Source: Proteiniphilum sp. UBA1403 (lineage in GTDB: Bacteria; Bacteroidota; Bacteroidia; Bacteroidales; Dysgonomonadaceae). Taken from it: 64,000 nucleotides of DNA. Location of the stretch: the NCBI GenBank assembly GCA_002305715.1, contig DBQD01000042.1, positions 12,436 through 76,435 of the forward strand, written 5' to 3'. Below are positions 28,213-38,433 of this stretch, in pieces. Position 1 is the stretch's first letter, and each line of letters begins with the position of its first letter. The notes beneath the pieces were generated by a model. That model was not told the DNA's origin, did not search any database, and worked only from the letters and a program-made list of their open reading frames with translations. Both the position numbers and the translations under genes were made by a program.

Positions 28213-30410
28213 TTCAGTCGAGTTACTGATTTTACCCCCTTAACAGCTTTCAACTTTTTAATTAACTGCTCCATCATGGATGTATTGGCAATCATCACCG
28301 AGATGTTGCCTTGGAACAGTCCATCGTTTGAATCAATTGAGATGGAGCGCATCTGCACCCCGTCTTCCTTTGAGATGATGGAGATTAAATTGGCCACAAT
28401 ATTGATCTGATCATTTCCAATTACCCGCAGTACAATGGTATAATTAGATGATCCTGTGGCACTAGACCATCGTGCGTTGAGTACACGATATCCAAACCGC
28501 GCAAAGAGGTCGTGAGCATTGGGACAACTAGTTCTGTGTATCTTGATGCCCTGTGATGAGACAAAACCAAAGATTTCATCTCCAAAGATTGGATTGCAGC
28601 ATCTGGCCAACTTATAATCTATTCCGGTTAAATTCTGATCGATAACAAGTTCATCGTTGCTGGCAAATTCCTTTGTGGGAGGTTTCAGTGTGAAACTCTC
28701 AGCACTCACTGGAAGATGACTATCTCTGTTCTCCCCCTCCTTGCTCTCCAACTCCAAATAACGATCAATGACCCAGTTTACATCCAACTTTTCGGCAGCG
28801 ATGTCTGCATAAAAATCGGTCACTGTCTTGTATTTGAGTTTCTTGATCAGCTGCATCAGATAGGAATCATCGACCTCAATCTTGCGGTTCTTCATTCTGC
28901 GCGAAAGGGTCTCCTTTGCTATATCCACCTGCTTACCGGCCTCTTCCTTCAGAAGTTGTCTTATCTTGGTACGTGCTTTTGCAGTGACCACAAACGACAA
29001 CCAGTCTTGTTTGGGCGACTGGTGCGTTGATGTGTTAATCTCTACTTGATCGCCACTATTCAAAACATGTTTGATGGGTACATTCTTCCCATTCACCCGT
29101 CCCGACATGCAGGTAGACCCTAATTTGGAATGAATGGCAAATGCAAAATCAAGTACTGTAGCTCCTTTGGGTAGTTTGAAGAGGTCGCCCTTGGGCGTAA
29201 AGACAAAAATCTCCTCCTCATACAGGTCAAGTTTGAAGTCGGTCAGCTTCTGACTCAGGTTGGTTTCTTTGTCTTCAAGTGATTCACGCAAGGAACTGAG
29301 CCAGTTATCTAGCGCAGACTCTTCTTTCACCCCTTTGTACTTCCAGTGTGCGGCCAATCCTCGTTCTGCAATCTCATCCATTCTACGGGTTCTAATCTGC
29401 ACCTCTACCCATCGGGAGTCGGGTCCCATCACCGTAATGTGAAGCGACTCATAACCGTTGCTTTTGGGAATAGAAAGCCAATCCTTCAATCGTTTGGGGT
29501 TGGGTTGATACATATCAGTAATGATGGAATAAACCTGCCAACATTGTGCTTTCTCCTGATCGTCGGGAGCATCAATAATTACACGGATAGCAAAGAGATC
29601 GTAAATCTGCTCAAACTCAATTTTCTGTTTCTTCAGCTTGTTGAGTATGGAGTGTATCGACTTGGTTCTACCTTTGATGTCATACTTCAAGCCGGTCTTG
29701 TTGAGCCGCTCCTTCACAGGATCAATGAATGCTTTGATATATTGATCGCGCGAACGTTTTGTCTCGTTCAACTTCTGAGCGACAAAGTCGTACGATTCTC
29801 GATCGGTATATTTCAAGCAGAGATCTTCCAGCTCCGACTTAATAGTATATAGACCCAATCGGTGAGCAAGGGGGGCATACAAGTAGGTCGACTCCACCGA
29901 TAGATCGAGCCGGTGGGAACGTTCTGTACCCTTTGCTTCCCGCATCAGTTGCAACTGACGGGCAATCATGATGAAAACAACCCGTATATCTTCAGCCATG
30001 GAAAGCAGGAGGCGCATATAATTTTCCGACTCCACAGTAGAACGTCTGTCTGTGAACTCGGCAACCTTCTTCAATCCTTTCAGAATTAACTCTACTTCAC
30101 TGCCAAAAAGGGTATTTATTTCAGAAAGGGTATATTGGTCATTTTTTATCGCACGAAAGAGTAGTACAGCACATACGGTGGATTGCTTCAAACCGATCTC
30201 ATCAATGGTAATGAGCGCTGTTCGCATCTCTAGTAACAGATCGGAATAGGCCTCCTCTCTGTTTTCAACCTCATCAGACAACGACTGTTGCACCATCTTC
30301 TTCAAGTGCCATACTTTCTCCTTTTCCCAGGCCTGCCTCAAAAAAGAGTAAAGCCTGCGATACATTTGAAAAAACTCGTTGCGGTTCGTGATAATAAAAT
30401 CGCTTATCAT
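28209..30410 (-). CDS. relA: Long RelA/SpoT homologue
   Basis: APLAHRLG, GRTKSIHSI, YDLFAIR, NGYESLH, EVQIRT, AHWKYK, TGS and ACT domains. Confidence 0.95.
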   Translation of the reverse strand: MISDFIITNRNEFFQMYRRLYSFLRQAWEKEKVWHLKKMVQQSLSDEVENREEAYSDLLLEMRTALITIDEIGLKQSTVCAVLLFRAIKNDQYTLSEINTLFGSEVELILKGLKKVAEFTDRRSTVESENYMRLLLSMAEDIRVVFIMIARQLQLMREAKGTERSHRLDLSVESTYLYAPLAHRLGLYTIKSELEDLCLKYTDRESYDFVAQKLNETKRSRDQYIKAFIDPVKERLNKTGLKYDIKGRTKSIHSILNKLKKQKIEFEQIYDLFAIRVIIDAPDDQEKAQCWQVYSIITDMYQPNPKRLKDWLSIPKSNGYESLHITVMGPDSRWVEVQIRTRRMDEIAERGLAAHWKYKGVKEESALDNWLSSLRESLEDKETNLSQKLTDFKLDLYEEEIFVFTPKGDLFKLPKGATVLDFAFAIHSKLGSTCMSGRVNGKNVPIKHVLNSGDQVEINTSTHQSPKQDWLSFVVTAKARTKIRQLLKEEAGKQVDIAKETLSRRMKNRKIEVDDSYLMQLIKKLKYKTVTDFYADIAAEKLDVNWVIDRYLELESKEGENRDSHLPVSAESFTLKPPTKEFASNDELVIDQNLTGIDYKLARCCNPIFGDEIFGFVSSQGIKIHRTSCPNAHDLFARFGYRVLNARWSSATGSSNYTIVLRVIGNDQINIVANLISIISKEDGVQMRSISIDSNDGLFQGNISVMIANTSMMEQLIKKLKAVKGVKSVTRLN

Positions 30411-30434
30411 GCCCTTATTGCATTTATGTAGCTA

Positions 30435-30442
30435 CAAAATTA
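30435..30442 (-). promoter_or_regulatory. -7 promoter element for relA
   Basis: TAATTTTG on minus strand. Confidence 0.6.
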
Positions 30443-30564
30443 CGATTTTCTGTGAAAGTATCATCTTGACCAATAAAATAACCTTCTAACAGTTGCTTTG
30501 TATGATCGGGAACAAATCGCTATATTTGTCTATTCATTTTCATAATTATATCTTTTCCCCTTGT

Positions 30565-33153
30565 ATGAGAAATATTGTATCTATTTTATTTATTCTTTTC
30601 CCCTATATGCTTGTAGCTCAGAACAGTGAGACTATATCACTCAACGAAGGATGGCAGCTTAAACTAGCGAGTAACTCCTTCCAAAACGTGCAAGACGGCT
30701 CCCCTTTCTCTCAATGGCAAGAGGCAACAGTGCCAGGGTCGGTTCAAAGCAATCTCATTCGTCAGGGTCTACTTCCTGACCCCTACTACGGAACCAACGA
30801 AAAGGAAGTGCAATGGGTAGAAAATGTAAACTGGGATTTCAAGACAACATTTCTCATCTTTGCCCATCAGCTGGAGTACGATGATGCCCTGATTTCATTC
30901 GAAGGGTTAGATACACATGCCGATGTATTTCTCAACGGCTCCCGAATTCTTCAAACCGACAACATGTTCATCGGACATAAGATTCCTGTCAAGAAACTAC
31001 TCAAAGAGGGAGAAAACAATCTCTATATCCGTTTCTATTCACCCATCAAAAGGATGATGCCTGCACGGGAAACGTTTGGTTATGAGTATCCGGCCGGCAA
31101 TGATCATAGAGAGGAAAAACTAAGTGTATACAACCGAAAGGCACCCTACCACTTTGGATGGGACTGGGGCATACGTATTGTACAGATGGGTATTTGGAAA
31201 CCAGTATCCCTTCACTTATACAACATAGCCCGCATCGAAGATTTTTATGTGAAACAAACATCGGTCAACAAGCAGGAGGCACACATTGACAATCAAATTG
31301 AAATCTTCTCCTTGTCTGATCAACCGCTAAAAGCTACCTTGACGGTTGCGTACTGCTTACAAAATGACAAACATGAAAACAATAGCAAAGAGATCACTCT
31401 CCATAAGGGAATAAACAAAATTGACTTGTCGCTACTCATATCAAATCCTAAACTATGGATGCCGATTAATTGGGGTGAGCAACATCTTTATGACTTCACG
31501 GCAAAACTGATTGTAGACAACAACGTTATTGCCGAGAAAACGGTACGTACAGGGTTGAGATCCATACGACATATCACACAGAATGACGAACATGGTCGTA
31601 CATTCTACTTCGAGGTTAATGGAATACCCCTATTTGCCAAGGGAGCCAATTCCATTCCCGGCGAAATACTTACCACACAGCAGGATAGTGCATACTACAA
31701 AAAGATGTTCGACCATATTGAAGGAGCACACATGAACTTTGTTCGCGTTTGGGGGGGTGGAATTTACGAGAATGAGGAGTTCTACCGTCAAGCCGATGAA
31801 CGGGGTATCCTTATTTGGCAGGATTTTATTTTCGGTTGCACTCCCTACCCCTCCGACGATGTGTTTCTCAATAGCGTAAAAGATGAAGCCATCTATAACA
31901 TCAAACGATTGCGCAATCATGCTTCTTTGGCCTACTGGTGTGGTAATAACGAGATACTAGAAGGATTGCAGTACTGGGGTTGGGATAAACAATACCCCAA
32001 AGCGGTGATGGATGCCTGGTTTAAAGGATACGACAAGACCTTCCGTGAGTTACTTCCTGCATTGGTGGAGGAATACGACGGAACTCGCGATTACACACAC
32101 GGATCACCCGATATTGCGAACTGGGGCCGACCACACCTCTTCAACCAGGGTGACGTGCATGACTGGGGACTTTGGTACGGACAATTACCTTTTGAGGCGA
32201 TGGCCGACAGATTACCTCGCTTTGCAAGTGAATTTGGTTTCCAATCGTTTCCCGAAATGAAAACTATCCGCAGCTTTGCTCCCGAAGATCAATGGAGTTT
32301 AGAAAGTGAGGTGATGACAGTACACCAAAAAGCTTCTACTGGCAATTCCCTCATTAAAAAATACATGGATATGTATTATCATGAACCTGAAAATTTTGAA
32401 GACTTTGTTTACCTGGGACTGGTTATGCAAGGCAATGGTATGGAAGAGTCGGTTGAGGCAATGCGCCGCGGTAGGCCCTATTGTATGGGTGCTCTCTATT
32501 GGCAGATTAACGATAGTTGGCCGGTGGTTTCTTGGTCGAGTATCGACTACTACGACAACTGGAAGGCACAACACTACAGAATGCGCGATGTATTTGCGCC
32601 TCTAGCCCTGGGAATTGCTTTTAAGCAAGATACCCTGCAGTTCTATACTCTTTCCGACTACTTGGAGGACCGTAACAGTCTACAGCTGACAATTCAGTTA
32701 ATTGACTTTGAAAAGGGTAAACAAAAAGAACTCAAGATAGCTATAAACGCGAAAGCCAATAGCAGCCAAATAGTTAAGACCCTTGCATTGAAAGAGTGGA
32801 TGAATGAAGAGGAGAAGGTAAACAAAATGATCCACGCTTTTCTGAGCGATAGTAAGGGAAAAATAATTTCCACCAAAGATTTCTTTTTCTATTGGCCCAA
32901 CAAACTCAATCTGCCAGAAACAACGATTGAGACCAAAGTGAAGTATGCAGACGGACAATATACCCTCACCCTGAAGAGTAACAAACTGGCAAAAGACCTG
33001 TTCGTGGAGATTCCGGTACAGGGTGCACGCTTCAGCGATAACTTCATCGACTTACTACCAGGAGAGAAAAGAACCATCGTGATCACCTCTCCATTACTAA
33101 AGGCAGCCGATAAAACTCCCGTCACGATCAAGCATGTTAGACAGACCTATTGA
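30565..33153 (+). CDS. GH2 beta-mannosidase
   Basis: Signal peptide from ATG 30565; FEGLDT, RKAPYHFGWDWG, VRVWGGG, WCGNNE, SEFGFQSFP, YWQINDSWP. Confidence 0.92.
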   Translation: MRNIVSILFILFPYMLVAQNSETISLNEGWQLKLASNSFQNVQDGSPFSQWQEATVPGSVQSNLIRQGLLPDPYYGTNEKEVQWVENVNWDFKTTFLIFAHQLEYDDALISFEGLDTHADVFLNGSRILQTDNMFIGHKIPVKKLLKEGENNLYIRFYSPIKRMMPARETFGYEYPAGNDHREEKLSVYNRKAPYHFGWDWGIRIVQMGIWKPVSLHLYNIARIEDFYVKQTSVNKQEAHIDNQIEIFSLSDQPLKATLTVAYCLQNDKHENNSKEITLHKGINKIDLSLLISNPKLWMPINWGEQHLYDFTAKLIVDNNVIAEKTVRTGLRSIRHITQNDEHGRTFYFEVNGIPLFAKGANSIPGEILTTQQDSAYYKKMFDHIEGAHMNFVRVWGGGIYENEEFYRQADERGILIWQDFIFGCTPYPSDDVFLNSVKDEAIYNIKRLRNHASLAYWCGNNEILEGLQYWGWDKQYPKAVMDAWFKGYDKTFRELLPALVEEYDGTRDYTHGSPDIANWGRPHLFNQGDVHDWGLWYGQLPFEAMADRLPRFASEFGFQSFPEMKTIRSFAPEDQWSLESEVMTVHQKASTGNSLIKKYMDMYYHEPENFEDFVYLGLVMQGNGMEESVEAMRRGRPYCMGALYWQINDSWPVVSWSSIDYYDNWKAQHYRMRDVFAPLALGIAFKQDTLQFYTLSDYLEDRNSLQLTIQLIDFEKGKQKELKIAINAKANSSQIVKTLALKEWMNEEEKVNKMIHAFLSDSKGKIISTKDFFFYWPNKLNLPETTIETKVKYADGQYTLTLKSNKLAKDLFVEIPVQGARFSDNFIDLLPGEKRTIVITSPLLKAADKTPVTIKHVRQTY

Positions 33154-33165
33154 ATTAATTAACGG

Positions 33166-34560
33166 ATGAGTAATATAACGAAAAAAAATGCAGAACTATC
33201 CATGTTGTTGGTCGTAGCTGCTACATCTTTCATGGGAACCTTCCTTGTCTCAGCTGTAAACATAGCATTGCCCACTATTGAGCGCGACCTAACACTCACA
33301 GCCATCGAATTGAGCTGGATCATCACCTCCTTCATCTTGGGAACCGCATTATTTATGCTACCCGCAGGCACATGGGGTGACCGATACGACAACCGAAAGA
33401 TATTCACATTGGGGCTCTTTCTATTCACACTTTCCTCCATATTCTGCTATCTAGCCCCAAATGGCTATTTGCTTATTGCATCGCGTTTCATACAGGGTAT
33501 TGGTGTAGCTTTCACAAGTACTACAGGCATGGCCATTCTCGTAGCAATGTTTCCCCCTCAGAAAAGGGGACAAGTGCTGGGTATCTCTGTTGCGTCTGTA
33601 TACGGGGGTCTGGCACTGGGACCACTCGCAGGTGGCATACTCACCATCCATGCTGGTTGGCGCTCCCTTTTTCTGATAGCCATTATATTTGGGTTTCTCA
33701 CTTTTATCACTTCGTTTCGCTTCCTTTTGAATAATAATAGCAAAACCAGAAAACAGAGTGGAAATGATCATGCAGGGACCATTTTGTTTATGATAGGACT
33801 CACGTGTTTGGTCTATGGGTCGTCGCTCATTCCCTCTATAGCCGGTTGGATATTAATGGGTAGTGCGCTTGTTTTACTGCTGCTTTTCTGGCGAAACGAG
33901 GGGCGAGTCAGTCATCCCTTGCTCGACACCAAACTCTTTACACACAACAGGCTCTTTACCTATTCCAACCTCTCTGCACTTATCAATTATACGGCAACCT
34001 TTGCCATTGTCTTCTTCCTGAGTCTCTATTTGCAGAAAATAAAAGATCTCTCACCACGCGATGCCGGTCTAATCATTGTTGCACAACCCATGATGATGGC
34101 AATCTTCTCACCGGTAGTGGGAAAACTATCCGATAAAATTCAGCCTCGCTACTTTGCTACCGCAGGTATGGCCATGTGTACCTTGGGACTTTTTTTACTG
34201 GCATTTCTTTCAGCCACCACACCCATTGCATGGATTGTAGCAATCCTGTTGTGGGTGGGACTTGGATTTGCCCTCTTCTCATCTCCCAACATGAACACCA
34301 TAATGGGGTCGGTTGAGAAACAACAGTATGGGCAGGCATCTGGCATCTCCTCCTCCATGCGGGTATTTGGACAGATTATTAGTATGAGTATCATCACTTT
34401 TCTCATTTCAATGAAGTTTGAGAACTCGTCTGTAGATGCCGTCTCTAATCCTATTTTCATGGATGTTATGCAATGGAGCTTTTTAATCTTTGCCTTTGTG
34501 GGTATACCCGGTATCTACTTCTCATACAACAGGGGAAATGTACAACAAAAGAAAAAGTGA
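33166..34560 (+). CDS. DHA2-type (EmrB/QacA-like) 14-TM MFS transporter
   Basis: VNIALPTI, GTWGDRYDNRK, SRFIQGIG, GLALGPLAGG. Confidence 0.88.
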   Translation: MSNITKKNAELSMLLVVAATSFMGTFLVSAVNIALPTIERDLTLTAIELSWIITSFILGTALFMLPAGTWGDRYDNRKIFTLGLFLFTLSSIFCYLAPNGYLLIASRFIQGIGVAFTSTTGMAILVAMFPPQKRGQVLGISVASVYGGLALGPLAGGILTIHAGWRSLFLIAIIFGFLTFITSFRFLLNNNSKTRKQSGNDHAGTILFMIGLTCLVYGSSLIPSIAGWILMGSALVLLLLFWRNEGRVSHPLLDTKLFTHNRLFTYSNLSALINYTATFAIVFFLSLYLQKIKDLSPRDAGLIIVAQPMMMAIFSPVVGKLSDKIQPRYFATAGMAMCTLGLFLLAFLSATTPIAWIVAILLWVGLGFALFSSPNMNTIMGSVEKQQYGQASGISSSMRVFGQIISMSIITFLISMKFENSSVDAVSNPIFMDVMQWSFLIFAFVGIPGIYFSYNRGNVQQKKK

Positions 34561-34622
34561 ATTTATCGAATTATAGTATGGCTGTAAAGATCAAAGAATG
34601 AGTAGTACTAAAATATCGAGCA

Positions 34623-35239
34623 ATGGATAAAATTAAACTACTAATTGTGGATGATCATCATATTCTGGTGGAAGGATTAAAAAATCTCTTCGACCAGACT
34701 GATCATATACAGGTAATTGGCACAGCTGCATCTGGTACTGCCTGCCGCAAAGCACTCAATCATGAACTGCCCGATGTAATCTTGCTCGATATTAGTCTGC
34801 CCGATGCAAATGGTATAGAACTCTGCAAGGAGATTAAAACAGTACATCCCCAGATTAAGATTGTTGCTCTTTCAAGCTCAATGAATACGCCATTGTTCAG
34901 CGCATGATGGATCAGGGAGCATCGGGATACGTAGTTAAAAATGCCATACCCGAAGAGATTGTCCAAAGCGTGGAGATGGTCATGCAGAACGAAACGTACC
35001 TTTGTGAAGAGATTGACCATCTCATGTATAGGAGATTCACGCAACCAATTTGGCTCACGCGACGAGAGAAGGAACTACTTAGTCTCATTGTCGAGGGGTA
35101 CACCAATGTCGAAATTGCTGAAAAAATGTTCCTTGGGGTAGAAACCATCAACAGCTATCGCAAAAATCTACTTGTTAAAACAGGAGCCCGAAACACCGCA
35201 GTACTGGTCCGTATGGCCATTGAACAAAAGTTGGTATAA
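34623..35239 (+). pseudogene. NarL/LuxR-family response regulator split by a single-base deletion near 34878
   Basis: Frame 1 receiver (LLIVDDH, PDVILLDISLP); frame 2 continues NEYAIVQRMMDQGASGYVVK and the HTH LTRREKELL; one extra base gives 205 aa. Confidence 0.85.
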
Positions 35240-35246
35240 ACAAGAC

Positions 35247-37409
35247 TTAATAACCCATTAAATCGGATATACTTGGTGGCGTAATGTTGGCATCTACACT
35301 CACCGATGGCCCCCCTTCAAGAGCAAATCGACCGCTGACCTCTCCCTCAACCAGTCCGCCCACACCAGCCTTTACAGAACTGGTAAAAGCTACATCCTTC
35401 ACAGCATCATCCTGACCAATGGTGATCTCTACCCCCACGGTAGCTTCTCCCGTGAGATTGCCACTTCCATACTCACCCTTCACTCCCACACCTCCCCAAA
35501 TAGTAGTCTCGTGTTTGTTGAAGTCACGCTTTACAGACCACAATATACCTTCACCACCTGAAAACTTCACATGGTCGCAACTGAGCTCAAACGACAAAGG
35601 ACCGATACCACCCCCAATACCATTTTCTCCCAAGGGACATTTTTTCTTCTCTTTTTTGGGCAGTTTTGGATCGTAAGTAGAAGGAACAAGTGGCGGTGGT
35701 TCCGGATCCACACACTTCAACGTGCTGAGATTGTCGGCAATAGGTGGCAAAGCGACAGCAAAACCTGTAGATATCTTAAGGTGATTTAACACAATCATCT
35801 CCCGATAAAGATTGTAATATTCGTTGATACTAGGAGCATACATCCGTTCAATAATGGGATTGGTGAATGCATAATAATCGGAGATTGCCTCCATCACGGC
35901 ATTGGAAACAAAGGTGTAATTTCTAGCAGTGGCATAGTAGGTGGACTCCAAGTCACTCTTTAGTTGTTTACACATCTGATATTCGAGCTGTTCCATCTCA
36001 TACTTTAACTGATCAATTTTTTCCTTTACCTTCTTCTGACATATCTTGTTATCCCCACACCTACTCAATTCATTATGAAGGAGCTCATTCCTTTTCATCA
36101 ATCGTTGTTGTTTTTCTTGAAACTGTAGGAATATGGGATAACTTCGACTTAAGATTTCCGCATTGTTTTCCAACAACTTCGCTCCTTTATTTAATGCCCT
36201 CGCATAGTTACTGTTCTCCCCAAACAATAAACTTGTGATATCGGCAAATTGCATAATCTCCTTCGAAAAGTTTCTGGTAAACACCATTGAGTTATCCGGA
36301 TCTTTTATTGCCTTTAGCTGTTGCATTCTCATCCGTTCCGAGACGGAGAACAGATCTGAAGATAATTGTTGCTCTCGTCTACCCAATTGTGACAGGTAGG
36401 TATTGAGAGTCTCCTCCTGTCCAATCATCATTTTCCAGTTCTCAGAAACGGGTAAATCGGGAATATCTAACCCTCCTGTATCGCCTTTCTCTTCTGCCAG
36501 TGGACGCGGTGTGGACGATTGTTGTTGCGATGTGGAGATTGCTTCCTGCGCCTTTGCCATGGCGGCAAAACCTATGGCGGAATACTTTCCTCGTAGTGAC
36601 TTACGCAAATATTGCTCGGACTTCGCATAATTTTTCTCACATTGGGCAATCAAACCAAGTCCTAAGTAGGGAGAACTCATACTGGGTGCGGTACCCAATG
36701 CCTTTTCAAATTGGATAGTAGCATTTGCGGTATCACCTACGTCCCAATAAGCCCAACCTAGGTTGCAGAGGATGAGGCCAATGTTCGGTTTTAACCGATC
36801 GGCATAGTGCAACACCTCAATTGCCTGAGTATATTCACCCATGTCCTTGAGTGCCACACCCAAGTTGTTTGCTGTGAGAATGTCATCGGGACTTCGTACA
36901 GCGCTCCATGCAATAGCATAGACCGATGCTGATCCTGCCCCCGTCATCATAAATGCCGCACCCATATCTGCACCGTCGGTCTGTTTGACAGACTTCTCCA
37001 ACTGCTGCTTCAGCTGTGGCAAAGCTCCTGTTTTTGGTCCGTAAGTTGTCATCAACGATTTTGCCAACTCAATATACTGCTCCCGTGTCAATTGCGTATT
37101 GATTGTTAACACAATTCGCTCTGGACAAACATTATTCCTGTTCTGATTGGGACTCGTTACGCTTGTAGAAGCTAATTGTGAAGTAGGCGTTCCTTGTTCG
37201 TCGATGTTGTTCCCCTGTTTTTCATACTGCTGCAGCATCGACTCTCCCCACTCTTTCATCCGAGCTGATTCCTGTTCGCTCAGTTGCTTTCCGGAAGAGA
37301 CCTTCTCCATGATCTGTTTAATATCAGTCGGTATTTGATACTGCGCGTTGACTCCCCAAGCCATATTTAGCATGAATAGCAACAATAATATTTTCTTCAT
37401 AAATTTCAT
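35247..37409 (-). CDS. Secreted TPR-repeat protein with coiled coil and Gly-rich C-terminal domain
   Basis: Signal peptide (VNA-Q); TPR-like repeats (NNLGVAL, CNLGWAY, YLGLGLIA). Confidence 0.8.
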   Translation of the reverse strand: MKFMKKILLLLFMLNMAWGVNAQYQIPTDIKQIMEKVSSGKQLSEQESARMKEWGESMLQQYEKQGNNIDEQGTPTSQLASTSVTSPNQNRNNVCPERIVLTINTQLTREQYIELAKSLMTTYGPKTGALPQLKQQLEKSVKQTDGADMGAAFMMTGAGSASVYAIAWSAVRSPDDILTANNLGVALKDMGEYTQAIEVLHYADRLKPNIGLILCNLGWAYWDVGDTANATIQFEKALGTAPSMSSPYLGLGLIAQCEKNYAKSEQYLRKSLRGKYSAIGFAAMAKAQEAISTSQQQSSTPRPLAEEKGDTGGLDIPDLPVSENWKMMIGQEETLNTYLSQLGRREQQLSSDLFSVSERMRMQQLKAIKDPDNSMVFTRNFSKEIMQFADITSLLFGENSNYARALNKGAKLLENNAEILSRSYPIFLQFQEKQQRLMKRNELLHNELSRCGDNKICQKKVKEKIDQLKYEMEQLEYQMCKQLKSDLESTYYATARNYTFVSNAVMEAISDYYAFTNPIIERMYAPSINEYYNLYREMIVLNHLKISTGFAVALPPIADNLSTLKCVDPEPPPLVPSTYDPKLPKKEKKKCPLGENGIGGGIGPLSFELSCDHVKFSGGEGILWSVKRDFNKHETTIWGGVGVKGEYGSGNLTGEATVGVEITIGQDDAVKDVAFTSSVKAGVGGLVEGEVSGRFALEGGPSVSVDANITPPSISDLMGY

Positions 37410-37473
37410 TATGCTTATTCAACGGAAGGTACCACACTCACTACTACTTACCATGGGAGGTCGGTTATTGCTT

Positions 37474-38127
37474 TTACTCGGTGAATTGAATATCCTGAGG
37501 CACTTCAAATTTTTCTTTCGGGGGTACTGTCTTATCTACAGATTTTACGTGAGAAGAAGTCTTTATTCCCATCGCTTCCCCCTCCATGCTCATCATTAAA
37601 TTGCCCCACATCACATAATCCATATTGGTTCCTTTGTCGCTTTTCATGCGCATCTTGCGACAATTGTATCCAAGGAATTCAACTTCTCCCAAATCTTCTA
37701 TGTTCATTTTACCCAAGAGTGCATCCGACATTTTATCCACATCCACTCCCAGGGGGTTGATTATTCTTTCCATGGTATAATGCTCGCCCGTTTTCTTGTC
37801 TAGGTCAATTTTCCAGTGCTCATCACCTTTGTTGATCTCAAGTGTGTGAGTCGTAAAGTCTTGTCCCATTATTTCCATTGGCACCGTTGTTTCAATTGCC
37901 TCCCATTCACCCCATTTATCAAAGTAGGTGACAATCTCCATCTCTATACCCATTGCTTCAGAGACTGAATGAATGATTCCCTGTTCAAGAGGGTACCTCC
38001 TATTTCCACGCTCAGCCTGTAATGCTTCCACCTGTAATTCCTTGTCCTCGGATATCTTTCCTTTTTTCTCACCAGAACAGCTTCCTAAACTGAGGATCAC
38101 CAATAATAAGGATACAACTTTTTTCAT
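37474..38127 (-). CDS. Lipoprotein of unknown function (DUF4412-like C-terminus)
   Basis: Lipobox LGSC; GEVEFLGYNCRK, KEKFEVPQD. Confidence 0.75.
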   Translation of the reverse strand: MKKVVSLLLVILSLGSCSGEKKGKISEDKELQVEALQAERGNRRYPLEQGIIHSVSEAMGIEMEIVTYFDKWGEWEAIETTVPMEIMGQDFTTHTLEINKGDEHWKIDLDKKTGEHYTMERIINPLGVDVDKMSDALLGKMNIEDLGEVEFLGYNCRKMRMKSDKGTNMDYVMWGNLMMSMEGEAMGIKTSSHVKSVDKTVPPKEKFEVPQDIQFTE

Positions 38128-38300
38128 GATTCTTTCGATTTTACAACGATTACTGTCGCGTAATACAATTAAAATTCAATTCTTTACCATCCTACTTTTC
38201 AACGATTTGTATGTCAGTATTTCACTCAACAGCCATGCCAACCTCTCTGCCACCATAAGGGGAGTCGTTATTTCGTCTCCATCTGTTGTTCTGTTCGTAC

Positions 38301-38363
38301 CTTGAACTCATTATCCGGGTTCTCTTTATTAACTTGAACTCATTATCCGGGTTCTCTTTATTA
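38301..38363. repeat. Direct tandem duplication, 31-bp identical units at 32-bp period
   Basis: CTTGAACTCATTATCCGGGTTCTCTTTATTA at 38301 and 38333. Confidence 0.95.
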
Positions 38364-38433
38364 TACAGTGTAATGGAAATAGTGAAACTAAAACCATTAC
38401 TGCAATATCATGTGTCTCTATTTGCGTAAATTA

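Noticed and set aside
31750-31757. G7 run in GH2 and A8 run near 44433 as phase-variation sites
   Set aside because: Both are in-frame in intact genes (WGGG, CLFFL) with no sign of disruption
38301-38363. Possible CRISPR repeat pair
   Set aside because: Only two copies, directly adjacent, no spacer and no cas genes
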